Assembly: GCF_964204645.1 (NCBI RefSeq)
Contig: NC_134030.1
Location: 7,234,778-7,298,777, forward strand
Direction of reading: 5' to 3'
Length of the DNA: 64,000 nt
Origin: Tubulanus polymorphus
Taxonomy: Eukaryota > Animalia > Nemertea
This document shows, one piece after another, positions 11,899 through 25,115 of this stretch. The notes under the pieces are model-generated. The model did no database searches. It had not been told where the DNA came from and saw only the letters and a list, made by a program, of their open reading frames with translations. Position numbers and translations under genes: made by a program. Every line of letters starts with the position of its first letter. Position 1 is the stretch's first letter.

Positions 11899-14664
11899 CT
11901 TCTGCCTTAGTACATTGGGAGCGAGTACCGGCAAAAATAATCAACAGTCACAAAGATGACTTCTGTATCGGAATCCACGGTAGCTCGGGTATTTATCCAA
12001 ATCGTATTTGGTTAGGGTTCCCTCTCGTCGGGTAATGATAATATATTGAGTGTTTTAGTTTTTTTTTTCATTTATTGTCGTTTCCTACGTAACCATCGAC
12101 CACTACTTGTGTGTGTGCGCATGTACAAACAGATAAACCCGTAAACTACGAGATTAAACTAAGACTCTGTACATCTTAGCGGCGGCGACGACGAACGCTG
12201 TAGATATATGTAGCGCGAAAGTCTATGTCTCAGGTAGGAAAGAGAGCGTGTATAAACCAATTCCCAATAGCTTGAAAAGGAATATGATATCAGAGGAGCT
12301 ATTTTGTACAGGAATTCATGCATTATGCATAGTATTCGAGAAAGTTTGGATTTCGGAATTGAAAGTGACAAAGTGCGGCCGCATCCTGAAACCAACGCCT
12401 GTTCTATTGTTCCATCCATCCTCATGAATAATAGACTCTTCTCTGTTTACATCTTATTTGCCGAGCCTTCGCTTGTCACGAGAAATGTCGACTATATGTA
12501 CATTCAGGCTACTGCACTCGAAATCACAGGACTATAAGTTTTCGTCTTAAGCCGAGAAATAATAATAAGCTTTTGTTCCCAGCACAGAGACAAGGATATA
12601 GTCGTTTTACTAAAACGTCACCTCGAGAAAAATACAGCCTTTGGGATATTAAACCCATGAAATCATTTGTTTAAATGCACCGAACGGGATTTTATAAAAA
12701 ATTCACCCGTTTTTCTTTGTTTTGGCGTTTTGGCATTCTATCGCCTTCATTTGCATATCAAGAATATTACGCTACGGCCCGAATCAGCCACCATAAAAAT
12801 CGGCAAATGCCATCTAGATACGACTTGAAACGGGCTTCATTTCCGTGAATGCTCTACTAAAGGCCCTTAGATAATGATGATTTCGTGCGAAAAAATGGCG
12901 CCGGTTTATCTAATCAGTCGGCAATACCTGGGTTTTATCTCGACTGACAACAATGTTCGAAGAAGGTCGTACGTACCGGTATATACCGCTCGAATGATAA
13001 AAAAAAAACATCGCGCCACGGAAGAATTCTGAAAGCACCGCGCAACTCAAAGCGGATTAGCGATCACCCCTCGAGTGATATTTAGACGTGGGCCGTAAAG
13101 TCAATACAGCTCCACGAGTTTATGTCGTGACCTACGGGCAATAAACAGCGCAATTCAAGACGAACACGGCCTTATTGAGATGTGTCCTCACAAAGAAAAC
13201 GTGTGAGTTTACTACGACGACTATTACTACACATTGACTACGTTTGCTTGCTCTGACAATTGATGCTGGAGAGGTTTTTTATGGCGTTATATGCTGCTAC
13301 AGCACATGCGCGTCAAGATGTGAACGCAATATTCGGGCAAATTCCGTCATTCATCAGCGGCTGTAGGCAGACAGCGAAACTGATGATCGATGATGGTAGA
13401 TAGGTATAGACATCGGAGTGGATGGATGGATGGGCAGCCCATTGGTATTCAAGTTGAACAAAACCTCAAAAGTACATTTAGACCTCGAACTCTTAAACGA
13501 TTTTTTTGGAGTCCATGGTTAGAAGAATGAAGCATCGCAGTTGGTAGTTGGACAGGTATCGTTTAGATCAAGGACATTAGATCATGGTTGGACAGTCTAG
13601 GTGCAGCGGGTGGCTGGACAGATTTTGAATGATGCACAAACAATGTGAGCGCTAGCTAATCTTCGTCACGCCTGACCTGCTTGATCATAACGAATGATTA
13701 AACGCAACAGCTCCGACCGAAAATCCGTACAGAATAACAACAACAAAAAACCGAATGCGTTCTCTTCTTGTCTTACAACGAAAAAAAAAATAGCGAGCAA
13801 GAACGGCCGTCTATGAATAAAACATTAATGACTAATCCCTAGAATCTATAAGCACTTCGAAAATAGCTTACGTTTCCACGACGCGGGATTATCAGTTAAT
13901 ATGATAACCGTGTATTACAGCATATTTGATATTCAGCGTCAACTAAGTCGCAAAATAATCAACATTTTTCAGGGCCGTATAGCTGCACTCATATTTTGTT
14001 CGTTCCATTTCTCGTATCGGTATAAAAATAATGCCCATAATAAGGATAAGATGATTGTTTTTTATATCAACCACAACATTATTGCTGCATCGATCAGGTG
14101 TCCGCTTATTCTGGACTCATTTTTATATCGAAGATACGAATGCGATATTTTAGAATTTCGTTGCAAACTACTATTAATTCATATATAACTAAGTAACGAC
14201 CTACCTTAGTTATTTGAATACATATCCACGCGACTATAGCAATAAAAGTTTATGATGCCTTTAATCCGTTAATCTTCCCCCAATAATCTGTAGCATATAA
14301 GCACCTGAAATTGTTAAGAACAATGACATTCTACATTAAAAGCGCGATACATTTTGTCATATGATGATAATTCTGTTATAAAAGCAGATTAAAAACAAAT
14401 TTGTTTAATGCCTAATTGAAAATCATCTAATATACAAAATATTGCTCGTTATTTTGCAGAACTTAAACATGATCGCTTAGATATGCGACAATTTAAGATG
14501 AATATTCATAATGAATAATGTTCCATCTGTTTCGAATCACTATTAAACTATATCGAGTGGCCGCCACTGGCAAGTGAAGTGCTTACATCAATTTTCATAA
14601 AATGCAATATGCACTAAAATGTACGGAAGCGTCCTGGGGACATATCTATTCAAAAGAAAATTTC

Positions 14665-14815
14665 GAGGTTAATTCCGAGTTTGCAACTCAGAATAAACTA
14701 GTTTTCTCAGTTAAATGCAATTATTTTTGGAGGTTAATTCCGAGTTTGTAACTCGGAATAAACTAGTTTTCTCAGTTAAATGTGATTTTTGGAGGTTTAT
14801 TCCGAGTTTGTAACT
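14665..14815. repeat. Tandem repeat, 62-65-bp unit, ~2.4 copies, each unit with an internal palindrome
   Basis: Units start at 14665, 14730 and 14792 (GAGGTT(A/T)ATTCCGAGTTTG(C/T)AACTC(A/G)GAATAAACTAGTTTTCTCAGTTAAATG). ATTCCGAGTT-TGT-AACTCGGAAT is an inverted repeat. Confidence 0.9.
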
Positions 14816-15529
14816 AATATACTTTTGAAATACTACTTTTAGAATAAAAAAGGACATTTATTAGCGATAACTAAAATGATATTACTGTGTGTATTTTCGT
14901 GATTCTTTGCACCTGAAGCTATCTGCATGAAATTAAGCAACGGCTATTCCGTTACAGTTTCCCAATAAACCCTGAAAACATATTCCAGGCATCCGCAGCG
15001 GTTCGAATCCTTCGTGAGGAATATATTTCTTTAATTAAGCAACTTTTTGTTTACTTCCTATGCAATGCTGCCTGAGCATGGCCTCCACTAGCACACTGTC
15101 TTCACACTGTCTCTACAGGTATAGAGGTTATCCAAGTTCCTGAGATCCCACACCGTCTCCACGCGCGTACGGACACGAAAGATCGCATTTAACATATATA
15201 TTCTAAAATCCTATATTCTTAAATTCCTAACGCTACATTCACGGTCAATGAATTGAACGTTTTGTAAGATTTCTGGGCTTGATAAAAACAGCCGTGGTTT
15301 CCACCACGATTTTCGCTAGTAACAATAACGATACAATGAACGCAAACTCCGGTAAGCTGATATAGCCATCTTAGAATGTATCTAAAAAAAAAATATATAC
15401 ATATTTATCTGACATTGACGACGAAGGATTTACTTCACAATGATCCCCACTGACAATACGACAACTTGCGTAGGAAAACTGGAATATCTTTTATTCAGGC
15501 TTGCCAGCAGCTATTCAGTGTCGTCTATC

Positions 15530-15568
15530 TGATATGAATATAACCGGTTAAGGCCGGAAAGAATTTCA
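15530..15568 (+). repeat. 39-bp exact direct repeat, copy 1
   Basis: TGATATGAATATAACCGGTTAAGGCCGGAAAGAATTTCA is identical to 17132-17170; weaker similarity extends on both sides. Confidence 0.9.
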
Positions 15569-17131
15569 GGGCTACGAAAGTTTGCATATTAGAAAAAGTT
15601 TTGATTACTATATACATATACGACATTTGATATGATTTACCAGTTACTTGATTAAATGTGTCTAATACGAGATTAAAGATCTGTGTAATCCTTATCCAAA
15701 TTCGGATATTAACTTTACGCGAACATAATAACCCTAAAACACATATACTGCCTTACTTTTTTTTGTGGGAGTAATCCTTGTACTTATCTCCGTACACGAC
15801 AAACGTTAAAACGAGCAATGATTATTAGTACCTTAATCATTCCCGCAAACTTGAACATTTACCGGTGGCATATTATGGACGAACCAGTTCGTTCAGTTCA
15901 TTTTACAAGAAACAAGTGTGTTGTTTTAACGATTAATTCAAACGCATATTGCCCTGAAAACGTACCTCATTCACGACACTAATCCTATGAAAAAGACAAT
16001 AACTAACAACGTTTAGCGAGTATGCTTAGCTTTTTGTGAATATTCCGCCAAGTCGAACGTCGACAGGGTCCTGTGAATTGGCGTTAAAACAACTACAAAA
16101 TTCCGTGAAATAAAAGGTCTTTTGGACGACTATGTATAAACTGTGGTGGCGCGTTCACAAAAACTACTTTGCGGACTGAACGGAAAATGATCGCGTATAC
16201 TTTCCTCCTCCTAAAACAAGTATTTGTTCAGATATTCCGAATTTATTAGGTAATTAACCGACAACACAGTCAAAAATATGTAGTACATACGTTAACACGG
16301 CGAAAATTATATTTACGAATGCACTTTATTCTATGTCAAATGCTAGCTTGAAGTGGCCGCATTTCGAAAAGATCGCGAGCATTCAATTTCACGTATTTTC
16401 GATTCAATAACACTTCAAATAAGAGCGAATGAAAAGATATTAGTACTGGCTGGGACGGGTAGGGGTTGAGATGAGGGCTGGGCTATTGTGTTCGTTGTCA
16501 TTGAATGCGGGAAAAATCGCTCGAGAAAATCTCATTTCGATTTTTGTGTAGTGTAGTTGACGAGTCGTTTAAATGCCTTGTAAACAGATCATTGGTTGAA
16601 TGCACGCATGCGGTGTGGCTTTAGGTCGTAAAATCGTTTTATTTTTTCACGTGTAGCTCGTTATAGCAGAGACAATAATAGATCCGGCAAATTCCTGCGG
16701 TGAAAGCATAAAATTATGACTATCCAGCAGAGAAAGGAAACAAAGACCTTTATTGTTGAAATATACTTGCAAAAAACGACCAAAACTAGTTCAGATTTTA
16801 TGAGCTTCGAAACTATGTATTTATGTAAAGATATGTACTTAGGGCACATCAAAATCTTTCAAATAAATGAGACACAATGGACAAAAAACTGTTTATATTT
16901 TGTTTCCTGTAATACTAACGACGCCCACTAGGTTCTTGTTGCCGAAAAACATAAATATCGGGAATGAAATATTCGTTAATATCAAATAGAATCTTTGATC
17001 TATTGTGATGAACAAGCACGCCCATTTAAATATACTTATTATTTCAAAAGGTAAGAATGTTTATCAAAAATCTCAAATCTTTTTTCATTGACGTCCTGTC
17101 TACAAATTCGTTGAACAAGAACTTAATTCAG

Positions 17132-17170
17132 TGATATGAATATAACCGGTTAAGGCCGGAAAGAATTTCA
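17132..17170 (+). repeat. 39-bp exact direct repeat, copy 2
   Basis: Identical to 15530-15568, 1602 bp downstream. Confidence 0.9.
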
Positions 17171-18281
17171 TGACTACTAAATGTTGCCTAAGCAGTTAAT
17201 GGTTTAAAATTGGTCGCAGTACCCAGGAAAAGGTTGCACTCAGTGACACGAAACTAACAACCACCACAACAAATAATAATTTGGTGTATTCCCTGAAAAG
17301 GGGAAGTCACTACACTAAAGGGGAAGCAACTAGTCATAAGCCAATTAACAACTCATTTTACCCCCTGGATATCGAGAGCTTTTGGGAGGGTTTTGAATTT
17401 AAAATCCCCCTCACCTTCCCAAACTTCAACAAATTTTTACTTTGAGAAGAAACCCGCATAACGTTTTGCTATTTGTAATTCCGTTCACGCTTAGGCAAAA
17501 ACCCTGAGCACATTCGTGCATCTGACAGAGGGAAAAAACAAGTGCAGCAAACTGAATGAATTTTTCAGGAAACCGAGCCCGAGACTTCAACCACGCGAGT
17601 TTCTATCGTTCGTTCATTCAGCTCGGTATGCGTTTCTTGAAACATTTTAGGCGAGATGTACATCAAAGTTTAAACGCAGCATTTCCGTTCGTTGACATCA
17701 GCGGAGACAGGCGACGGTATAAACGCTAACGCTGACAGCAGACTTCAAATAATCAGGAATTCTCGACCCCGAGATTTGACATCCCCGTCGCGCCGTCAAG
17801 CGTGATGATATTACACCGCAGCGAAAAACCTCAAACGTAAACCGGCATCGTTTACATGTACATCTCTCCCGTCTCGAAAATCGGCGAAGAAATGATTCGT
17901 GAACATTTCGAGAAATCTCGTCGTCGAGACGGAAACTTTTCGTCTGATTTTGCGTTGCCGATGTACGTGTATATACATGATGAGTTGAAAGCGAAAATCA
18001 ACGGCGTGTGCAGTTAACAAATTTAAAAAGGCAGATACACGAATATCTAAACCGAATGTCATTTACAACTTAGAAGTTACGATTTGTGGATACGTGTCTT
18101 CCAATAGACCGCATCTAGCCGCACACTTGGCGAACTTCGGTTATCGGAGTTAGTCGACTAGTCGAACCTATACAAGCATTCATCTCAAGTGAAGCCGAAT
18201 GTCAGTTAGTCGGAACTATAATTCCCGAAATAGTTCGGAAATTAAGAATTTGGCCCTAGATTTGGTCACATGAAAACCATA

Positions 18282-18441
18282 CAGTCAAATTTCCTTATTA
18301 CGCCATCCTTTTAATGCCACCCACACATAACGCCAAAATATTCAGCGAACAAATTTAACTCAAATTTAATGAAAATACAAATTCTTTATAACGCCATTTT
18401 TTCATCGGTCCAAACGGTGGCATTCTAAAGAACTTTTACTG
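18282..18441. mobile_element. Tc1/mariner (pogo/Tigger-type) MITE
   Basis: TA|CAGT...ACTG|TA termini (TA at 18280-18281 and 18442-18443); 24-bp TIRs match 18/24; internal TAACGCCA/TAATGCCA/TTACGCCA motif repeated several times. Confidence 0.8.
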
Positions 18442-20311
18442 TAACTTAACTCATCTCATATAATCATACAGGCCCGAGGCCCCGCATTCGAATTCAACAA
18501 ACTCTACCTTTTTCATTGACAAATCCAATTAATAAATATATGCGTAATCCCAAATCCTTCACAAGATCGAATGATTATAGATCTTGTATCCACCTGAAAT
18601 GCGGCAGTGGTTCACGGTAACGCGTATACCGGCTATTCCTGTCCTCGAGCTACGACAATTTACTCATTAACGAAATCCGTTGAAATTATTTTCACCCAAT
18701 GACCACCCTATAAACAAATAGATTCGCGTCTATTTCGGTCGTTTAATGAACTATTATTGTGCGATATGGGAAAACAGGGTCTCGCTATTGTCCGAACCAG
18801 AAACGTAGAGCTGAATAAACCGCAGTCATTAATGATTCAAATAGAGACAGGCGCGTCACACACACACACAAACACGACGTCCTCCATCCCAGATATCGCG
18901 CTCCGAATCCACGAAAATATGACAATCAATTATCTATGGTTTACTATTATCGTTAGAAGTGAAAGGAAGAGTTAACGAACGGTTGAAACTGAGAAATTGA
19001 GAGCTTTATTGTTAATAAGGCAACTATAGCGATAGGGAATTTTAAACTAAGCTATTACTCGATGGCTTCGATTGTGTTCTGAATATGGGTATTATCGGGA
19101 TTATTCAGTTCAATGATACTGTCGGCCGTCGTGTACAAACACGGAAGAATTGGAATCTCTCTGGCACATCTACACTGAACGATAGCTTTTTATTTCAAGT
19201 GTAATCGTTTGTCAGTTCGTTTTTCTCTTCGATAACAGTTTTCGGATGGTTTGAAGTGGCATGATTCGAGCTGTTGATATGTAGTTCTATCTACCGCTTT
19301 GCGTGGAACTTGGTCAATGAATATTCTCTTGAATCGATACTCGAAACATTGTTGTCTAACTCGAACAATTCTGGGCGGGATCGGGGCGAAATCTGCAGGG
19401 TGAAACAGGGTTCAATATAGGGGTATAGAACACAGCAAGACTGGGAAACAGAAAGGCGCTCCTCCGCACAGGAGTGGGTAACGTCGATCTTATTATTCCC
19501 AGAAAAATAGTCGTAATCAACGGGGTGTCCTTAAATAGCGTATTGGTAATGATAATTACTGTCATAATTTCGTAGAAAGTGAGAAGCTATGATCGCAGCG
19601 GGATGTTATAGAAAATTATACCTATATGCAAAATAGCGTCACAGTATGAACTATTGCATTAAACACGTAAATATATGGGAAATATAGAAATGAACATTGT
19701 GATATTATAATCATGGAGTCGACCACTAAATGACCATGTAAATCAGATTTAGTTCGCACTTTTGTTCTGGGCAGTTCAGAGCATGGGAAAATCGTATAAC
19801 TGTTAAACTAATATATCTACCGAAAACCTCTAAACCGAAAGTATAGTGTATAGAATAGACCTCTAGCAGCAATGAAGGGTAAAGGTGGGGTAACTGCGTT
19901 TGTTGCATTCAGTATATCGCAGAACCCACCTGAAAGCCACGCAGTAAAAATATAGATGGAGCAATTATTCTTGTGATATATGAATAATTTCAAAGGTTTT
20001 AAGGCAAAATAGAGAAAAAGAACATGAGAAATATAACGCGTCACAATTCTATGAAATATTCCTCGCCGGTAGCACGAGAGCTAAGGAAGATAATGACTCC
20101 ACCCATAAAGGTCAACAATCGAACATACTTAATAAGCCGTGAGCTGACATGAGCAGAAATGCCACCTGAGAAGTTAACCATATGATACCTTCTCAAACCG
20201 AAATGAACAGAGAACAGTTCATATAAAAGTAAACTGCACTAATGACTATCACCACGACAAGAACAGGCTAATTTGTGTGAATAACAGTTTAGAGATGTAT
20301 AAGGAAGTTCA

Positions 20312-20565
20312 AGCCGCCATCACACGGGCATTTTTGGCCTGGGCTAAATTTGGCCCGATCAAAAACGTCGAATCAAACCCAAGCCAAACTTGCACGGGTC
20401 AAATGATTGCTTTGAATTGCAACTGGTTCCGTAATAGTGATTCACTTCGCTTTGTTTAAGCATTGTTTAGTATCGAGTGGGTGGTTTTCGTGAACGCGCT
20501 CTCTAATTTTGCACGGGCCAAATTTGATTCGGGCCTGATCCGGGCCAAATAGCCTCCGCGTGTCA
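20312..20565 (+). mobile_element. Interspersed MITE family C, copy 1
   Basis: Shares AAATTTGGCCCG, AAAAACGTCG, TGCACGGGTCAAAT and TGAATTGCAACTGGTTCCG with 36434-36615 (same strand) and with the reverse complement of 23259-23540. Confidence 0.85.
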
Positions 20566-23258
20566 TATGTCAGATGTCGCATTGTTTCAATCGATGAACG
20601 AATAAAAAGAATGCTTTGTAATTCCAGTTTGCATTGCATTCGCAAAAAAAATGCTGATGCACTGTATCAGTTATCAAAAATACATAAATACATCCTCTTT
20701 ATGTATTTTTGTTGTTATCTATGAATACAGGCTGTTTTGCCATTCATTCTTTCTCGCTCAACATAAAACACGCGGTGTAAAGGTATCACCGGGATGGGAT
20801 TAACTAGGATGATTATACTGTGACGATCATACATGACCAGGGCACACAACCAGTATCATTCAGGTGCTAATTGGGATAGGAAAGCCGTCTGTGTCGTAAC
20901 TACGGATCGGCTTAGTAAAGAGCAACGGTGTGTGTGCAGCGCTGGTGCATCGCTCCACAGTTCACAGTCCAGCGACATACGTGCCCCGAGACGTGTCGCA
21001 GTTAGTTCCATCAGCGTTCGTATTAGCTCCCTTCAAAACTGTCTCTTAAATGGGAACGGCACTGAAGTGAGTATACTCCAGACAACAGCTCCGTAAAGAT
21101 CATTAGTTGTTTGTTCGTGTTTAACGAGCGAACGTGTGCGCTCACTAGTTTGATTCTCTCTTCTTCCTTTCTGTCTTACGTATGTTACAGCGATAGAGAA
21201 AAAGAAAACATCTTTGCGACGACTGTCACATCCAATATTTTGTTGGAGTACGGAATTAGACCAGCAAAATGTATAAGATTTGCGCATAGTTGCAGATTTA
21301 AGGTGTACCCTATAGATAACCCTATAGATAACGCCTGATAGTACGAAGTATTACTTATTTTCTGTTGGGTTCTACCAATGACGATGCATTTCAAAGGCAT
21401 TTCCCCTGTACGTTGCTCCCAGATTTGTTAACCATGCAGTTAGATTCCTGTATAACAGCCTCTTCAACAGAGGACAAGACACTGTCAGCAGTACAACGGT
21501 ACTTCTGTCGTGCATAGTTTGTGTCTGTTGGTGGTTGTGTATAGAACGACTGCCGCTCAACGTCCCTGATGATTAACAAATTGATACTGCAGTGTACAAA
21601 CATTGGTCAGATGATAAATCTTCATGTTTGCAGTCTCGCTGCCTCGGTGGTTTGCCATCGTTGTTGTCGCAGCAGTGGCAGTGGGTTAGTCGGCGAAAAT
21701 TGTGGCAATTAATCCGTTTCCCCCGATGTAAACCAATAATTAGGGCGGTAATTCTCGCTTATTGAAATACAATGTCAATTGATGCCACACACGAACAAAT
21801 AGCCGGGTAATGACGGCCGAGTTTTCACCATACGACAAACTGAATTAACGCCATTTAGGGAAATAAAGGTAGACATTCAATCGCACTTTTTCACTGGTAT
21901 TTCATAGATACATCGTATAGCCGTATACAAAGCAAAATTCATTGCAATTTCCCAAACAAAAATATCCGTGCAACGCTATCCACGCATCCATTTCTGTGAT
22001 GTATGGTATTAATTCGTCGAGCTGTAGCAATTTATTCGTGCCGTCTAATGGATGCCTCGTACTATCCGCCCGATTTGTCATCGCGAGAGCTTATGCAATC
22101 GACGAACCGAAAAAAATACCTTTAAAAAAACTGTTGAAAAATAGATTTTTGATTTGTCGTCAGTTACACGCCGATGGGAATCGGAGCTTTTTGCGGAAGG
22201 TTTAAAAAATGAACCGGCATTGTCGCAGATTAATGTCATACATCACGTTTCAAACGCAATAATGATATTAAGATTTTTTAAATTAAATTCATGTCGCCGG
22301 CGTCTGCATGAATAAATGACCGGAATTTATATCAAGCCACTTTATAAAAATCGGGGGATTTACGAGGATTTCAAAAACCACGAAGATAGGCGGTGACGAC
22401 ACAACCACGAGATATACATCATATTTCTCGATATACTAAATAAAGAAGGGGAAAAGCTATTTTTAATACATAAACGAATCATTAAACCTTGGGAAAAACT
22501 TTTGAATTCTGTCGTGTTATAAACACAGCCATTATCCAATACACCTGCTTTCCGATCAGTCGATTGAAATGTTCAACAACTTGAAAAAATCATTTTTATT
22601 CATCTAACAACACGCTCCTTGAAATGAGTAAAATTCCAAAATATCCCATACGAAATGGTATATATAGAATAGCCACACTCGGACATTATAAATATTCCAT
22701 GTAGAGCTCGAATGAATATTGCGAGATGTGGATGATGGAACACATTAATCGATGAGTGGGAATGACAACACCAGATGAAAGGTCGAGAATAACTGTTCAT
22801 CAGAAAACAATCGAGTATTGGACATGTGTCACGTAATACTCGGTTAAAAATCGTTAACAGCGTAAATTAGACTATTTATATATATAAACGTACACTGTTG
22901 TTGATCGGCGGTGAGGGTCTTCAAGCAGTTGTTTTACAGTCCGATGTTGTGTTGGATAAAGATATGAATATTTCGGTCGATATTGCGTCATCGATAAGCG
23001 GAGAATAAGAAGAGTATAAGAATGATTAGCTATTCTTACTCGATGGAAGATTACATTGTAGACGTGAACGGTCGTAACAGACGGTGCATTGGGCATCAGT
23101 ATTGTCGCGGTAGACCTATACGGCTTCTAGGTTTGTGTCTGCCTTATTTTAGTTTTTACCGTTTAAAAGCAAAGAGATGGATGATAGACCGGATTGTCCA
23201 GTCCTATCTGACTATAATTGGGCGGAATGGAGATATCTTGCATTAAGAGAGATGTTTT

Positions 23259-23540
23259 TATAGCCACGATCACACGGACACGATTTGGCCCGGGCCAAAT
23301 TGGCACGAATCAGACTGGAGTCTTTGGGCAGTGCCTAATTAGAGAGCGCTTTCACATCTAAACCACTCACTTGATACTAAGCAATGATTAAACAAAGTGA
23401 AGTGAGATACTTCCGGTACGAGTTGCAATTCAAACGCAACCATTTTTTATCCCGTGCTTAAATTTGGCTCGGGCCTGGTCCGACGTTTTTGGTCGGACCA
23501 AATTTGGACCAGCCCATTTGGCACCCGTGACACGGCTATA
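23259..23540 (-). mobile_element. Interspersed MITE family C, copy 2 (inverted, near full length)
   Basis: The reverse complement aligns with 20312-20565 along its length. Termini TATAGCCACGATCACACGG and CCCGTGACACGGCTATA are imperfect inverted repeats in TA/TWA context. Confidence 0.85.
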
Positions 23541-24041
23541 AGCTATATTTCTATGCTGTGAACTAGAGGATGGTCAGCACGGTCGGATAGCCGCTCTAAG
23601 CATACTAGCCGCCGAATCAGATAGCCTTGTGATTAGACAGTTAATAGAATCACGGTTATTAATTGTACGATCGTCGCTGTTATAATCGCAGAATTATTCA
23701 GGATATTAATCAATCGAGCGTCGCACGGCAGATCCTCGTGGGGACTGATTGATCGGCGACAGTGAAGATTATCCCTTGATTTCCGCGCCGGCTGCTAAAT
23801 GAGACTCGTCGCAGATATAACCGGCGCTCTACACTATATCACCCCTGAGCTAGCGCGGCGCGGTAGCGGATATCTGGCTACGCACGTGGATAGCTAGGAT
23901 GTTATCATTATCCGATAATAATTTGAAAGCATTTCATCGAATAATAGTTACATAGGTTTAAGAGTATATACCATCATAATGGTAGAATACCCTTATATGA
24001 CGCATATGACAAGCTGTATAACCATCACTGTCCACGTGAAC

Positions 24042-24280
24042 AGTTATTGGTCTACCGATTAGCGCGCTCGCTTTCTACATACGAGACCCGGGTTTGATCC
24101 CTCTCTTAATCGTTTTACAAGCCTGTACACTCTAACGTGGGTTTTAAACTTTTATTTCATTTACCACAGGAGATGCCTGTCATAGGCATCGCTATTGGGG
24201 TCATTATATTTCTTAGACATGTTTAAACATTCCCCCTTTTCCTGGAGGGTTGGATCAACTATTCGTATATGATGATTATT
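24042..24280 (+). mobile_element. Decayed tRNA-derived SINE-like element
   Basis: TGGTCTACCGATTAGCGCGCTCGCTTTCTACATACGAGACCCGGGTTTGATCCC resembles a tRNA head (A-box-like start, B-box-like GGTTTGATCC) but has no acceptor stem. It is followed by a GATGCCTGTCATAGGCATC hairpin and a GATGATTATTAG simple tail. The 3' boundary is approximate. Confidence 0.5.
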
Positions 24281-25115
24281 AGTATATAGTATTAAAAGTT
24301 TGAATTGTCTTTTAAAGAAGTCCGGTTAACTCTTCGATCTCGAAAGGTATTCGTTCTCTGCTGGTAGTGATAAAAACAAGAAGAGTAAATCCGCATCATA
24401 ATACAGGCCCGGTGTGCGCGGTGGTTACTATACTCAGGTGGAATTTGTCAATCGAATGTGTTTCCTTAGCAGCTGAACCCACAAAACCTACCACGCGATA
24501 TCCATACTTTTTCTATAGCGCTCGTGCCACTTCGTACGGCGCAAATTCAGCTGATACCCCGATAAAATACAAAAGCACGGGAAAATACAGCACAGTCACC
24601 GATGCGTGTATTTTACCAATTAGAAATTGACATAGCGTGTAATTCTAGGGCGCATAACTTAATGGTTACGGTAATAGGTTAGTGAAGATCATTGTCATCG
24701 GCTTCGGAAGCATCATTAGTGTTTGTGCGCGCATCATGTTTATATAAGTAACTCGTAATGATCTATTATTCTACCATATTTGCTTATAGCTCGACACTCA
24801 CCGCACAAACACTCAAACACACACTCCGAGACGGTTACATAGCATTTGATATCGTTGTTGACTTTCTACGGAGTATAAATCAAGGCAATTTTCCCTGTAT
24901 ACTGTATATTCCCGACAAATAAGGCGCCGTTCAGTTGACTCGAGAATCTTAGATCTTTTCGTGACGCTTTGCGAAACACAAAACATCAAAAACAAGATAA
25001 TTAACTCGTTTCGTTGCTGTTTCTACGAGAAGCATGTATTCTTTATTTTTATCAGTTCTGAAATAACGTACTAGCGACATTTGGTTGCGAGTTAATAAAA
25101 GGGATAATATAACCA

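Noticed and set aside
14665-14815. CRISPR-like palindromic repeats
   Set aside because: The linkers are identical rather than unique spacers, there are fewer than three full units, no cas genes, and the context is eukaryotic.
14985-15020. GGTTCGAATCC B box as a possible tRNA gene
   Set aside because: No A box or cloverleaf upstream. The similar motifs at 24090, 34412 and 61860 also lack acceptor stems, so no tRNA gene is called.
15109-15122. GTCTCTACAGGTAT, matching the 3' part of miR-993
   Set aside because: The seed region is absent, there is no upstream 5p arm, and the match sits in a small local duplication.
21372-21603. Minus-strand ORFs with faint resemblance to hAT transposase (TADSVLSSVEE...GSNV) or LINE RT (LLTVSCPLLKRLLY)
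   Set aside because: The two readings are in different frames and mutually exclusive, and catalytic or adjacent motifs are missing. Not supportable without a profile search.
21677-21695. TGGCAGTGGGTTAGTCGG, resembling miR-34
   Set aside because: Indel and mismatches relative to the mature miRNA, and no pairing arm nearby.
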